Assembly: GCA_963422645.2 (NCBI GenBank)
Contig: CAXXVO010000012.1
Span: forward strand, 32,001-96,000
Reading direction: 5' to 3'
Source: Alphaproteobacteria bacterium
Lineage (GTDB): Bacteria > Pseudomonadota > Alphaproteobacteria > UBA828
Length of the DNA stretch: 64,000 bases
Below are positions 53,504-63,454 of this stretch, one piece after another. Made by a program: the position numbers and the translations under genes. Every line of letters starts with the position of its first letter. The first letter of the stretch is position 1. Under the pieces are notes generated by a model. The model worked only from the letters and a program-made list of their open reading frames with translations, was not told where the DNA came from and ran no database searches.

Positions 53504-54122
53504 CCGTGCCGCCGCGGTCGCCGTCATCGACGACGATGACGCGGTGCGCGATTCCCTGAGCGCGCTGCTGGAGGCCGCCGGCTACGACGTCGATGCCTAC
53601 GAGTCGGGACAGGCCTTCCTGAACGCGCTGCCCCCGGCCTTGCCCGCCTGCGCCCTCGTCGACGTGCGGATGCCGGAAATGGACGGGCTGGAGCTGCAGC
53701 AGCGGCTGGCCGACGCGGCGCCATCACTGCCCGTCATCATCATCACCGGCCACGGCGACATTGCGATGGCGGTCAGGGCGATCAAGGCCGGCGCCATAGA
53801 TTTCGTCGAAAAGCCGTTCACGGACCGCACCATTCTCGACGGTATCTCGCAGGCCTTGGCATTGCGGGAGGAAACGCTGAGCCGCGAGGCGAGACGCCTC
53901 GACGTCGACCGACGGCTCGACCGGCTGACCGCGCGCGAGCGCGAGGTCTTCGAACGGCTTGTCCGGGGCAGCTCCAACAAGGCCGTCGCCCGCGAGCTTG
54001 GTATCAGCCCACGCACGGTGGAGGTGCACCGCGCGCGGGTGATGGAGAAGCTGCAAGCACCGAGCCTCTCGCATCTGGTCCGCATGGCCATGATCGCACA
54101 GGTGGACATGGGCGATATCTGA
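53496..54122 (+). CDS. fixJ: FixJ-like response regulator
   Basis: DVRMPEMDG, TGHGDI, DFVEKPF, ISPRTVEVHRARVMEK. Confidence 0.88.
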   Translation: MNDRAAAVAVIDDDDAVRDSLSALLEAAGYDVDAYESGQAFLNALPPALPACALVDVRMPEMDGLELQQRLADAAPSLPVIIITGHGDIAMAVRAIKAGAIDFVEKPFTDRTILDGISQALALREETLSREARRLDVDRRLDRLTAREREVFERLVRGSSNKAVARELGISPRTVEVHRARVMEKLQAPSLSHLVRMAMIAQVDMGDI

Positions 54123-54154
54123 TCGTCCCACCGCGCGCGCCGGGGCACGGCACC

Positions 54155-54200
54155 CACGTAAGGGATAGTCCCTACGCAACCACCCGAATTACGTAGCGCG
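54155..54200 (+). promoter_or_regulatory. Possible FixJ-binding region of the fixK promoter
   Basis: CGTAAGGGATAGTCCCTACG dyad and TTACGTAG between fixJ and fixK; assignment from context. Confidence 0.35.
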
Positions 54201-54261
54201 GCAAGAGGCACCACATTCCCTGCCGGAAACCCCGAAACGGACGCGGGGAGGAAGCTCCAGA

Positions 54262-54975
54262 ATGAGGGTTGCCGCGACACATCCAATAGCCGATCCGGTC
54301 GATGCTCGCGCGCCTGGCACGGCGTTCAGCCGGCTAGACACCATTGGCGTGATCAAGCATCTCACCCCCCATGAGTCGCTTGCGCTCGAAGGCGACTCGG
54401 CCGACCGCCTCCACCGCGTCTTGAGCGGCACCATCGCCGGCTACAAGGCGACGGCAGACGGGCGCAGGCAAATCCTGACGTTCTTCTTCCCCGGCGATCT
54501 GGTGGGGCTCACTGTGGGCGAGCACTACGCTTACAGCGCCGAAGCGGTCGATCACGCCAGCGTCCGCTCGGTCCCCCATACACGGCTGAGAGAACTTGCG
54601 GCGCAAACGCCGGCGCTGCAGGAAGGCCTGCTTTCGGCTTTACGCTGGGAGGTAGCGGCGGCGCAGGAAAGGCTTCTCTGGCTTGGACGCAAGACGGCGC
54701 GGGAGCGACTGGCCGGCTTCCTCCTGGAATGCGATGGCCGCATCGGGCAGCGCGACAAGGAAGGACGGCGCTCCGTCCCGTTGCCGATGAGCCAGCTCGA
54801 GATCGGCGACTACCTGGGCCTCGCCTCCGAAACGGTAAGCCGGACTCTCGCCGAGCTGGTGCGCGACGGCGCCATCGACATCGTGCGGCCCTTCGCCGGC
54901 GTCATCATCCGCAACCGCCGCAGCCTCGAAGGGGCAGCAGACGAAAGCGCGCCGCCCGCCAACGCTCAACCCTGA
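54262..54975 (+). CDS. fixK: Crp/Fnr family regulator (FixK-like)
   Basis: DGRRQIL.FFFPGD, LGRKTARERLA, IGDYLGLASETVSR; no FNR Cys cluster. Confidence 0.75.
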   Translation: MRVAATHPIADPVDARAPGTAFSRLDTIGVIKHLTPHESLALEGDSADRLHRVLSGTIAGYKATADGRRQILTFFFPGDLVGLTVGEHYAYSAEAVDHASVRSVPHTRLRELAAQTPALQEGLLSALRWEVAAAQERLLWLGRKTARERLAGFLLECDGRIGQRDKEGRRSVPLPMSQLEIGDYLGLASETVSRTLAELVRDGAIDIVRPFAGVIIRNRRSLEGAADESAPPANAQP

Positions 54976-55044
54976 AGAGCGGCAGTACGCCGGCCGACGC
55001 CGGACATACTCGGGCCGCGTCCAGCCCAGTGATAGACTCGGACG

Positions 55045-55995
55045 ATGACCGTTCTCCCGTCCCGCATGCTGCGGCTGTTTTCGCTTGCAGCCTGCTTGCT
55101 CGCTCCGGCCGCCGCCTTGGCGGAACCGGACATGCCGTCGCCGGCCGGCGACCAGGAGATCGAACGCAGCGCCGCCATGGCCCTCCGGCTTAGGGCAACG
55201 CCGGACGCCGGCGTGGAGGGCCGGTCCGTTCTGCTCACCATGGCGGTTCAGGGTCACGCGTCGTCCCAATACCAGTTGGGGCTCATGCTCCTCGAAGGTA
55301 GGGGAATCGATCGCGACCATGCGGGGGGCGTTCAATGGCTGGAGCGCGCCGCGTCCCGGGGCCACGAGGGCGCACTTGCCCACCTTACCGGGATGGCCGC
55401 GCGCGGCGACGTGGCGGCGCACCTCGCCCTCGGCTTGATCGCACGCGACCACGCCCGCAGCGGCAGGGCGACCATGCGGCACTTGGGCGCAGCCGCGGCG
55501 GCCGGCGATCCGCAAGGGCTGCTTGCGCTCGGCGAGCTCTACCGAGCAGGCGATGCGCTCGAGACCGACGAGGCCTACGCCGCCATCCTGTTCCGCGCCG
55601 CTGCGGAAGCCGCCATGAATGCGGTGCAGCGCGCGCGGCAGGAGGCAACAGCCGGCATCCTCGGCCCTGACTCCGACGAATGGCTGGAGGTCGCCGTTGG
55701 CCGCACGCGCGCCGCGCATGCCTCCCCACCCGGGCGCGACGCCGATCAATCGGAATTCTTCGCACGCTACTGGGTCGGGCTGGCGCTCCTAGTCGGCGCC
55801 GGTACGAAGGTCGACACGCCGCGCGGCATTGCCCAACACCGCGCTGCTGCCGAGCGCGGTTTCGATCTCGCCGAGTACAGCTTGGGGCTGCTCTACGAGC
55901 GGGGCCATGGCCTGCCCCGCGACCTCGATAGTGCGCGGCACTGGTTGGCTCGTGCGGCGGCCCACGGCCACCCGCTTGCCGACCTGGCGCTATAG
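55045..55995 (+). CDS. Secreted Sel1-repeat protein
   Basis: Signal peptide; QYQLG.M..EG.G..RD, AEYSLGLLYERGHG.PRD..A..W. Confidence 0.75.
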   Translation: MTVLPSRMLRLFSLAACLLAPAAALAEPDMPSPAGDQEIERSAAMALRLRATPDAGVEGRSVLLTMAVQGHASSQYQLGLMLLEGRGIDRDHAGGVQWLERAASRGHEGALAHLTGMAARGDVAAHLALGLIARDHARSGRATMRHLGAAAAAGDPQGLLALGELYRAGDALETDEAYAAILFRAAAEAAMNAVQRARQEATAGILGPDSDEWLEVAVGRTRAAHASPPGRDADQSEFFARYWVGLALLVGAGTKVDTPRGIAQHRAAAERGFDLAEYSLGLLYERGHGLPRDLDSARHWLARAAAHGHPLADLAL

Positions 55996-55999
55996 GAGA

Positions 56000-56425
56000 T
56001 CAGCCGTCGCGGTGGGTGCGTTCGTGGCGCTCGTGGCGCTCTTGCGCCGCGAGACTGAGCGTCGCGATGGGGCGGGCTTCTAGTCGGCGGATGCTGATGG
56101 GCTCAGCGGTTTCCTCGCAAAAGCCGTAGCAGCCGTCGTCGATGCGCTGCAGCGCAGCCTCGATCTTCGAGATCAGCTTGCGCGCGCGGTCTCGGGTGCG
56201 AAGCTGAACCGATCGCTCGGATTCGACGGCGGCGCGATCCGCCAGGTCGGGCTCCTGGCTGGTATCGAGCTTGAGCTTCTCGAGGGTCGCATCGGTTTCG
56301 TCGAGGATGTCCTGCCGCCACATTTCCAGCTTGCGCCGGAAATACTCCCGCATCCGCGGCGACATGAACTCCTCTTTGCTCGTCGGCTTGTACTTGGCCG
56401 GGAGCTCTTCTCGATTCTGCGCCAC
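56000..56425 (-). CDS. dksA: RNA polymerase-binding protein DksA
   Basis: EEFM...MREYFRRKL, DLADRA, YGFCEET.EPI...RLEARP.ATL (alphaproteobacterial type). Confidence 0.93.
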   Translation of the reverse strand: MAQNREELPAKYKPTSKEEFMSPRMREYFRRKLEMWRQDILDETDATLEKLKLDTSQEPDLADRAAVESERSVQLRTRDRARKLISKIEAALQRIDDGCYGFCEETAEPISIRRLEARPIATLSLAAQERHERHERTHRDG

Positions 56426-56687
56426 TGCCCTGCCGTATTCCCCTTGAAATGGGCGCGGAGTATAGAAATGCACCAGCGTCTCGGCAAGGCATTCTGACGC
56501 CCTCTCCCGACCGGGATTGCGATTTCGGCATGAGGTGAATTCACATTTTATTTCAATGAGATATATTGACATCTCGACGTAGTCTGGAGCGCCTCAGCGC
56601 CCGAAATGGTCGACACAGCGTCGTGCGGCTATCATGCGGAAGCCGCAGGCGGTTGCCCGCGGTGACAGATGGGTGAGAGGGGAGCCA

Positions 56688-56885
56688 ATGGTCTACGGAC
56701 TTGCGCCAGGCGACTGGGTCAGGAACCCGCAGGCGCCGGACTGGGGGCTCGGGCAGGTGCAGTCCGTGATTGGCGACCGGGTGACGGCCAACTTCGAGAA
56801 TGCGGGCAAGCGCCTGATCAACGCCGCCGTGGTCAGCCTCACGAAGGTCGAAGCGCCCGCGCCGCTCAACGAGGAGGCGTTCTGA
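56688..56885 (+). CDS. DUF3553-like small protein
   Basis: PG.WVR.P..PDWGLGQVQS.IG.RVT.NFENAGK..I. Confidence 0.8.
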   Translation: MVYGLAPGDWVRNPQAPDWGLGQVQSVIGDRVTANFENAGKRLINAAVVSLTKVEAPAPLNEEAF

Positions 56886-57033
56886 GCAACCCGCTTCGCT
56901 GCTCTGTGGCGCCGGCCGGGTCACCGACGTTCAAACTAGGTCTCGACCCTTGCCCGGCTAGGTGTTAGGCATCGGTGCCAGTTCGGCGCAGTGACCGCCG
57001 ATTGCGGCGGCAGAATCCATTTGAGGAGTGTAG

Positions 57034-58734
57034 GTGGCTTTTTCGGGCGGAACTCAGGCTCCCAGACACCCGGGTAGTGGGCGGCGCAAGGCGCGCTACA
57101 TCGAGAAAGGCCGGCAAGTCGATCCCGCGGCGCAGGACGAGATCCGTACGCTGCTGGGGGACGAGCCGCGACGCCGCGACCTGCTGATCGAGCACCTGCA
57201 CACGATCCAGGACCGTTACGGCTGCCTCTCCGCCCGTCATCTCGCGGCACTGGCGGCCGAGATGCGCCTCGCCATGGCCGAGGTCTACGAGGTTGCGACC
57301 TTCTACGCCCACTTCGACGTCGTGATGGAGGGCGAGAGCCCGCCCCCGCCGCTCACGGTTCGGGTCTGCGACAGCCTTACCTGCGAATGTCTCGGCGCGC
57401 CCGCACTGCTGGATTCGCTCCCCGGCGCCGCAGGCGATGCCGTAAGAGTGGTACGGGCGCCCTGCATGGGGCGCTGCGAGGAGGCACCGGTGGCCGAGGT
57501 CGGCCATCGCCACGTCACCGGGGCGACCGTCGACTCGATCCTTGCCTGCATCGAGGGAGGGGACCATTCGCCGGCCATTCCGGCTTACGTCGATTTCGCG
57601 GCTTACGTCGCGGGCGGCGGCTACGCGGTGCTCAAGGAATGCCTCTCGGGCGCGCGGTCCGTCGACGACGTGATCGCGGCACTGGAGGGGAGTGGCCTCA
57701 AGGGTAAAGGCGGCGCGGGCTTCCCGACCGGGCGCAAGTGGCGCTTCGTCCGCGCCGAGGCCGGTCCCCGGCTGATGGCGGTGAACGCGGACGAAGGCGA
57801 GCCCGGCACCATCAAGGACCGGGTCTACATGGAACAGGACCCGCACCGCTTTCTCGAAGGCACGCTGATCGCCGGTTGGGCGGTGGAAGCCGCCGAGTGC
57901 TACATCTACCTGCGCGACGAGTATCCCGGCATCCGCGAGGTGCTGCTGGAAGAGATCGCGAAGCTCGACGCTGGGGGCCTTACGGCACAGACCAAACTCA
58001 TCCTCCGCCGGGGTGCGGGCGCCTATATCTGTGGCGAGGAGTCCGCGAAGCTGGAGAGCATCGAGGGCAAGCGGGGAGAGCCCCGGCACAAGCCCCCCTT
58101 CCCCTCCCAGGTCGGTCTCTGGGGCAGGCCCACGCTCATCAACAACGTCGAAACGCTCCACTGGGTGCGCGACATACTGGAGCACGGGCCGCACTGGTTC
58201 GCAGACGAAGGCCGCAACGGGCGCTCCGGCTTTCACAGTTTCTCGGTGTCAGGCCGGGTGAAGGAGCCGGGAGTCAAGCGCGCGCCGGCGGGCATCACCA
58301 TGAACGAGCTGCTGGCCGAATACTGCGGCGGCATGGCCGAGGGCCACACTTTCCGCGCCTACCTGCCCGGCGGCGCCTCAGGCGGCATCCTGCCCGCCTC
58401 GATGGCCGACCTGCCTCTCGACTTCGGCACCCTCGAGGAGCACGGCTGCTTCATTGGCTCGGCAGCGGTCGTGGTGCTCTCCGACAAGGACGACTTGAAG
58501 AGCGCGGCACTCAACCTGATGCGCTTCTTCGAAGACGAGAGCTGCGGGCAGTGCACGCCCTGCCGCGTCGGCACCGAGAAGGCGGTCGGGCTGATGGGCA
58601 ACGGACACTGGGATGCGCCGCTCCTGCGCGAGCTGAGTGCCGCCATGGCCGACGCCTCGATTTGCGGACTTGGACAGGCGGCGCCGAACCCGCTGCTCTC
58701 CATCCTGCGCTACTTCCCGGAGGAGCTCGCATGA
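57034..58734 (+). CDS. NAD-linked formate dehydrogenase beta subunit (NuoE/NuoF-like fusion)
   Basis: VATFYAHF, GKGGAGFPTG, NADEGEPG, GAGAYICGEES, ESCGQCTPCRVG. Confidence 0.9.
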   Translation: MAFSGGTQAPRHPGSGRRKARYIEKGRQVDPAAQDEIRTLLGDEPRRRDLLIEHLHTIQDRYGCLSARHLAALAAEMRLAMAEVYEVATFYAHFDVVMEGESPPPPLTVRVCDSLTCECLGAPALLDSLPGAAGDAVRVVRAPCMGRCEEAPVAEVGHRHVTGATVDSILACIEGGDHSPAIPAYVDFAAYVAGGGYAVLKECLSGARSVDDVIAALEGSGLKGKGGAGFPTGRKWRFVRAEAGPRLMAVNADEGEPGTIKDRVYMEQDPHRFLEGTLIAGWAVEAAECYIYLRDEYPGIREVLLEEIAKLDAGGLTAQTKLILRRGAGAYICGEESAKLESIEGKRGEPRHKPPFPSQVGLWGRPTLINNVETLHWVRDILEHGPHWFADEGRNGRSGFHSFSVSGRVKEPGVKRAPAGITMNELLAEYCGGMAEGHTFRAYLPGGASGGILPASMADLPLDFGTLEEHGCFIGSAAVVVLSDKDDLKSAALNLMRFFEDESCGQCTPCRVGTEKAVGLMGNGHWDAPLLRELSAAMADASICGLGQAAPNPLLSILRYFPEELA

Positions 58735-61487
58735 GCGACGTGATCCGCTTCACGCTCGACGGCCGGGCCGTTACTGCACAGCCGGACGAGACCATCTGGC
58801 AGGTCGCCAAGCGGACCGGGATCGACATTCCCCATCTCTGCTACACGCCCGAGCCCGGCTACCGGCCCGACGGCAACTGTCGGGTCTGCATGGTGGAGAT
58901 CGAAGGCGAGCGGGTGCTTGCGGCCTCCTGCATCCGCAAGCCGGCGGATGGGATGGTGGTCCGCGTCGATGCGGAGCGTGCGGTGCGCTCCCGCGACATG
59001 GTGATGGAGCTGCTGCTCGCCGATCAGCCTCCGCCAGAGTCCAGCCACGACCCGTCCTGCGAGCTTTGGGATTGGGCGGGAACGATGGGGCTTTCGACGA
59101 GTCGCTTCGAAGCGCGGCAGTCCCCGACACCCGACCTCAGCCATACGGCGATGGCGGTCAACCTCGATGCCTGCATCCACTGCACGCGCTGCGTGCGCGC
59201 CTGCCGCGAAGTGCAGGTCAACGACGTGATCGGCATGGCAGGCCGGGGCGCGCGCAACAAGATCGTCTTCGACTTCGACGATCCGATGGGCGAGAGCACC
59301 TGCGTCGCCTGCGGCGAGTGCGTCCAAGCCTGCCCCACCGGCGCGCTGATGCCCGCCAAGGAGGTCGGCAAGGAGGAGCCCGCCAAGCAGGTCGACAGCG
59401 TCTGCCCCTATTGCGGCGTCGGCTGCCAGCTCACCTTCAACGTCAAGGACAACAAGATTCTCTGGGTGGACGGCAGGGACGGCCCGGCCAACCACGGCAG
59501 GCTCTGCGTCAAGGGCCGCTTCGGCTTCGACTACGTCAATCACCGGCACCGGCTGACCACGCCGTTGATCCGCCGGGAAGACGCACCGAAGTCGGCCGAT
59601 ATCGACATAGACCCGGCGAATCCCTTTGCCCACTTCAGGGAAGCCAGCTGGGACGAAGCACTCGAAGCAGCAGCGGCGGGCTTGCGGCAGATTCGCGACC
59701 GGCACGGCGCGAGCGCGCTCGCCGGCTTCGGCTCCGCCAAGGGCTCGAACGAAGAGGCCTATCTCTTCCAGAAGCTCGTGCGTGCGGGTTTCGGCACCAA
59801 CAACGTCGATCACTGCACCAGGCTCTGCCACGCCTCGTCGGTGGCGGCGCTGCTGGAATGCATCGGCTCCGGCGCGGTCACCGCCAGCTTCAATCAGGTC
59901 GAGCATTCCGACCTCATCATCGTGATTGGCGCCCAGCCGACCACGAACCATCCGGTGGCCGCCACCTTCTTCAAGAACGCGGCGAAACGCGGGGCGAAAC
60001 TGATCGTGATCGACCCGCGCGGCTCGGCGCTCGCCCGCCACGCGAGCCACTTCCTCCAGTTCAAGCCCGGCACTGACGTTGCTCTGCTCAACGCGCTGAT
60101 GCACGTCATCGTCGAGGAAGAGCTTTACGACCGGCAATACGTCTCGGCCCATACGGAAGGGTTCGAGCAGCTGAGAGCCCACCTCAAGGACTACGCGCCG
60201 GAGGAGATGGGGCCGCTCTGCGGCATCGAGCCCGACGTGCTGCGCGAGGTCGCGCGCCTCTACGGACGTGCCGAGGCGGCGATCATCTTCTGGGGCATGG
60301 GCATCTCCCAGCACATCCACGGCACCGACAATGCGCGCTGCCTGATCTCGCTGGCGCTGATCGCGGGACAGGTGGGCCGCCCCGGCACCGGCCTGCACCC
60401 GCTGCGCGGGCAGAACAACGTGCAGGGCGCCTCCGACGCCGGGCTGATTCCGATGATGTACCCCGACTACCAGCGGGTGACCGACCCCACCCGGCGCGAG
60501 CAGTTCTCGGATTTCTGGGAGGCCGAGCTCGACCCCAACGCCGGCCTCACCGTGGTCGAGATCATGAACGCCGCCCACGAGGGCCAGGTCAAGGGCATGT
60601 ACATCATGGGTGAGAACCCGGCGATGTCGGACCCCAACCTGCGGCATGTGCGCCAAGCGCTGGCCTCGCTCGACCATCTCGTCATCCAGGAGCTCTTCCT
60701 CACCGAGACCGCCTGGCATGCCGACGTGGTGCTGCCGGCCTCGGCATGGCCGGAGAAGGACGGCACGGTCACCAATACCAACCGCCAGGTCCAGATGGGC
60801 CGCGTCGCGCTCACCGCGCCCGGCGGCGTCAAGCAAGACTGGTGGATCATCCAGGAACTCGCGCGCCGCATCGGGCTCGACTGGGATTATGACAGCCCGG
60901 CCGATGTCTTCGCCGAGATGAAGGGCTGCATGCCCTCGCTCGACAACATCAGTTGGGAGAGGCTGCGCCGCGAAGGCGGCGTGACCTATCCCTGCGAGGG
61001 CGAGGACGAGCCCGGCCGCGACGTGATCTTCGAGGACGGTTATCCGACCCCGAGCAAGCGCGGCAAGCTCGTGCCCGCCGGGATCGTGCCGCCGGACGAG
61101 ACGCCCGACGACGAGTTCCCCATGGTGCTGACCACCGGCCGCATGCTCGAGCATTGGCACACGGGCGCGATGACCCGGCGCGCCACGGTGCTCGACCACC
61201 TGGAGCCCGAAGCGGTCGCCCATCTCGCGCCGGCGGAGCTGGAGCGCATGCACATCGAGCCGGGCGCGCCGATCACGGTGGAGACCCGGCGGGGCGCCAT
61301 CGGCCTTCGCGCCCGCGCCGATGCCGGGGTGCCTGCCGGGGTGGTCTTCGTCCCCTTCTGCTTCGCCGAGGCCGCCAGCAACATGCTGACCAACCCGGCC
61401 CTCGACCCCTTCGGCAAGATTCCCGAGTTCAAGTACTGCGCCGCCCGCGTCACCCCGGCAGAAGCCCCTGCCGAAGCGGCTGAGTAG
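58731..61487 (+). CDS. fdhF: Formate dehydrogenase alpha subunit (Mo/W-bisPGD, Cys ligand)
   Basis: Fe-S motifs, CPYCGVGC, NNVDHCTRLCH, PLRGQNNVQG, LDPFGKIPEFK. Confidence 0.92.
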   Translation: MSDVIRFTLDGRAVTAQPDETIWQVAKRTGIDIPHLCYTPEPGYRPDGNCRVCMVEIEGERVLAASCIRKPADGMVVRVDAERAVRSRDMVMELLLADQPPPESSHDPSCELWDWAGTMGLSTSRFEARQSPTPDLSHTAMAVNLDACIHCTRCVRACREVQVNDVIGMAGRGARNKIVFDFDDPMGESTCVACGECVQACPTGALMPAKEVGKEEPAKQVDSVCPYCGVGCQLTFNVKDNKILWVDGRDGPANHGRLCVKGRFGFDYVNHRHRLTTPLIRREDAPKSADIDIDPANPFAHFREASWDEALEAAAAGLRQIRDRHGASALAGFGSAKGSNEEAYLFQKLVRAGFGTNNVDHCTRLCHASSVAALLECIGSGAVTASFNQVEHSDLIIVIGAQPTTNHPVAATFFKNAAKRGAKLIVIDPRGSALARHASHFLQFKPGTDVALLNALMHVIVEEELYDRQYVSAHTEGFEQLRAHLKDYAPEEMGPLCGIEPDVLREVARLYGRAEAAIIFWGMGISQHIHGTDNARCLISLALIAGQVGRPGTGLHPLRGQNNVQGASDAGLIPMMYPDYQRVTDPTRREQFSDFWEAELDPNAGLTVVEIMNAAHEGQVKGMYIMGENPAMSDPNLRHVRQALASLDHLVIQELFLTETAWHADVVLPASAWPEKDGTVTNTNRQVQMGRVALTAPGGVKQDWWIIQELARRIGLDWDYDSPADVFAEMKGCMPSLDNISWERLRREGGVTYPCEGEDEPGRDVIFEDGYPTPSKRGKLVPAGIVPPDETPDDEFPMVLTTGRMLEHWHTGAMTRRATVLDHLEPEAVAHLAPAELERMHIEPGAPITVETRRGAIGLRARADAGVPAGVVFVPFCFAEAASNMLTNPALDPFGKIPEFKYCAARVTPAEAPAEAAE

Positions 61488-61554
61488 GACTTGGCGCGAA
61501 TATCATCGCGGCGCCGCATGACCGCCTGAGCCTGCCGCAGGGGTCAACCCAAGG

Positions 61555-61791
61555 CCCCGGAACATGGTGCGGTGCACAGCGCACGCCGCCAGCCTCAGTG
61601 TCGCGCCATGAGGCACAAGAGAGAGCGGGCCGAGGCAGGCGGAGCCGGCATGAGCGGGAGCTCGTCGCTGGGGCGGCTGCGTCCCGCACTTCGCTCTAAC
61701 GCCGTCGACGCCCCTATCAAGGACAGCGGCGGCGGCGACTCGGGACTCCCGCTTATCTCGCCAAATCCCGGCGAATCCCGCAGAAGAAATT
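61555..61791 (+). repeat. Gene-less paralog of the gp27 cassette (promoter-like motif plus 10-bp-periodic array)
   Basis: AACATGGTGCGGTG 47 nt before ATG (61608), as at 42880/42927; ATCYCG at 61755, 61765 and 61775, then AGAAATT. Confidence 0.55.
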
Positions 61792-61898
61792 GTGTCGCCG
61801 TCTCACTCCGTGCGCGACAAGCAGGGCATGACGCAGGCCGCAACGGTGTTGAGAAAGCCAGGTCGGGGACGGCGGCGGGTCGGTGCCCGCCCACTCAT

Positions 61899-62636
61899 TT
61901 ACGACGGACCACCCCGGCCGGAGAGAGGCACGACCGTCGTGGAGACGGCTTCGGCGGGAACATTCTCGTCGGACTCTTCGGCGTCATCAGGCGCACACCC
62001 GGCCTCCTCCCCCAAGGGCAGTCGAGCGGGCGCTTCGCCTGCCCCCTCCGCCTCAGGATCGGCGCTCTCCAACAACCCGGCGGCCTCCAGCTCGTCGACG
62101 CCGGGAAGGTCGTCGAGGCTCTCCAGCCCAAAATGTTCCATGAATGCCGGCGTGGTGACCCAGGTCACGGGGCGGCCCGGCGTGCGCCGGCGCCCCTTGG
62201 GCGCGATCCAGCCGGCTTCCAGCAGGATGTCGAGCGTGCCCCGCCCCAGGTGGACGCCCCTAATCTCCTCCACCTCCGCCCGCGTCACCGGCTGGTGGTA
62301 GGCGATGATCGCGAGCGTTTCCAGGGCCGCGCGAGAGAGGCGGCGGCGGACGACTCGGTGCACGGCCAAGTGATCGGCCAAGTCCGCTGCGGTGCGGAAG
62401 GTCCAGCCGCCCGCGACCTTCGCAAGCTGGATACCGCGGTGCTCGTAGTAGGCGGCAAGCGCTGCGAGCTCCGCCTCGATATCGGTGCCCTCCGGCACTT
62501 GCGCCGCGAGCGCCGCGGCATCGACCGGCCGGCCGGCCGCGAAGATCATGGCCTCCATGATGCGGCGTGCGTGGGCCGCACGCTCCTCATCCTCGGTGGG
62601 CTCTGCGGACAGCGACGCTTCGTGGGGTTCGGTCAT
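61899..62636 (-). CDS. scpB: SMC-Scp complex subunit ScpB
   Basis: EAMIFAA, LSRAALETLAIIAYHQPVTRAEVEEIRGV, PGRP. Confidence 0.95.
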   Translation of the reverse strand: MTEPHEASLSAEPTEDEERAAHARRIMEAMIFAAGRPVDAAALAAQVPEGTDIEAELAALAAYYEHRGIQLAKVAGGWTFRTAADLADHLAVHRVVRRRLSRAALETLAIIAYHQPVTRAEVEEIRGVHLGRGTLDILLEAGWIAPKGRRRTPGRPVTWVTTPAFMEHFGLESLDDLPGVDELEAAGLLESADPEAEGAGEAPARLPLGEEAGCAPDDAEESDENVPAEAVSTTVVPLSGRGGPS

Positions 62637-63454
62637 GTCTCTTCCCGCCTCCGGCGGAGGTAGATCGGGCCGAATGGCTCCATTTGGCGGATCTGCAGAT
62701 GGCCCTCACGCGCGAGCTCCAGCGACGCCGCGAAGGTGCTCGCGAGGCCTGAGCGGGCGGACGCTTCGCTCTCGGGGCTGGGGCCGCGGGGCAGGAAGCG
62801 CGCCAGGGTCTCCCAATCCGGCGTGCTGCCCAGCAACTTCGAGAGACGCTTGTAGGCCTCTTCCATCGAATGATAGGCGCTGAGCTCGATCAGCAGGCCG
62901 AGAGGCTTGCGGCGGATGCGATGAAGGGCGTAGGCCCTCAGCAGCTCGACGAGCGTGCTCTCGTGCAGCGCCTCCTCATGGACCGGCAGGCCCTCGGCCG
63001 CGCCGGCGGCGAAGATGTCTCGCCCAAGCTGCGGGCGGTCCATCAGCGCGGCCGCAGCGTCCCGCATCGCAGCCAGGCGCCGCAGCCTGAAGGCGAGCGC
63101 GGCCGCCATCTCGGGCCCGCTCGGCTCTTCGTCCTCGATCTCCTCGTCGGGCAGGAGCAGGCGCGACTTGAGGTACGCGAGCCACGCCGCCATGACCAGA
63201 TAGTTGGCCGCGAGTTCCAGGCGAAGCCGCCGCGCCTGGGCGACGTAGGCCAGGTATTGCTCGGCCAGCGCCAGAATGGAGATGCGCGCGAGGTCGACCT
63301 TCTGATTACGGGCGAGCGTGAGCAGCAGGTCGAGAGGCCCTTCGAAGCCGTCAAGATTGACGATCAGCTGTGGCTCGTCGCCGGCGGCACGAGGATCACG
63401 CGCGGGCGAAGCCTCCGCGCTGGCGTCGTCTTCGAAGGGTGTCAGATCGACCAT
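62633..63454 (-). CDS. scpA: Segregation/condensation protein ScpA
   Basis: FEGPLDLLL, YLVMAAWLAYLKSRLLLP, FAASLEL..Q..PFGPIYL. Confidence 0.95.
   Translation of the reverse strand: MVDLTPFEDDASAEASPARDPRAAGDEPQLIVNLDGFEGPLDLLLTLARNQKVDLARISILALAEQYLAYVAQARRLRLELAANYLVMAAWLAYLKSRLLLPDEEIEDEEPSGPEMAAALAFRLRRLAAMRDAAAALMDRPQLGRDIFAAGAAEGLPVHEEALHESTLVELLRAYALHRIRRKPLGLLIELSAYHSMEEAYKRLSKLLGSTPDWETLARFLPRGPSPESEASARSGLASTFAASLELAREGHLQIRQMEPFGPIYLRRRREET

Noticed and set aside
58731-61487. Selenocysteine formate dehydrogenase
   Set aside because: The active-site residue is Cys (TRLCH) and there is no in-frame TGA.
61572-62663. 363-aa + strand ORF running from the repeated motif
   Set aside because: Mostly antisense to scpB, with low-complexity composition; likely a high-GC shadow ORF.
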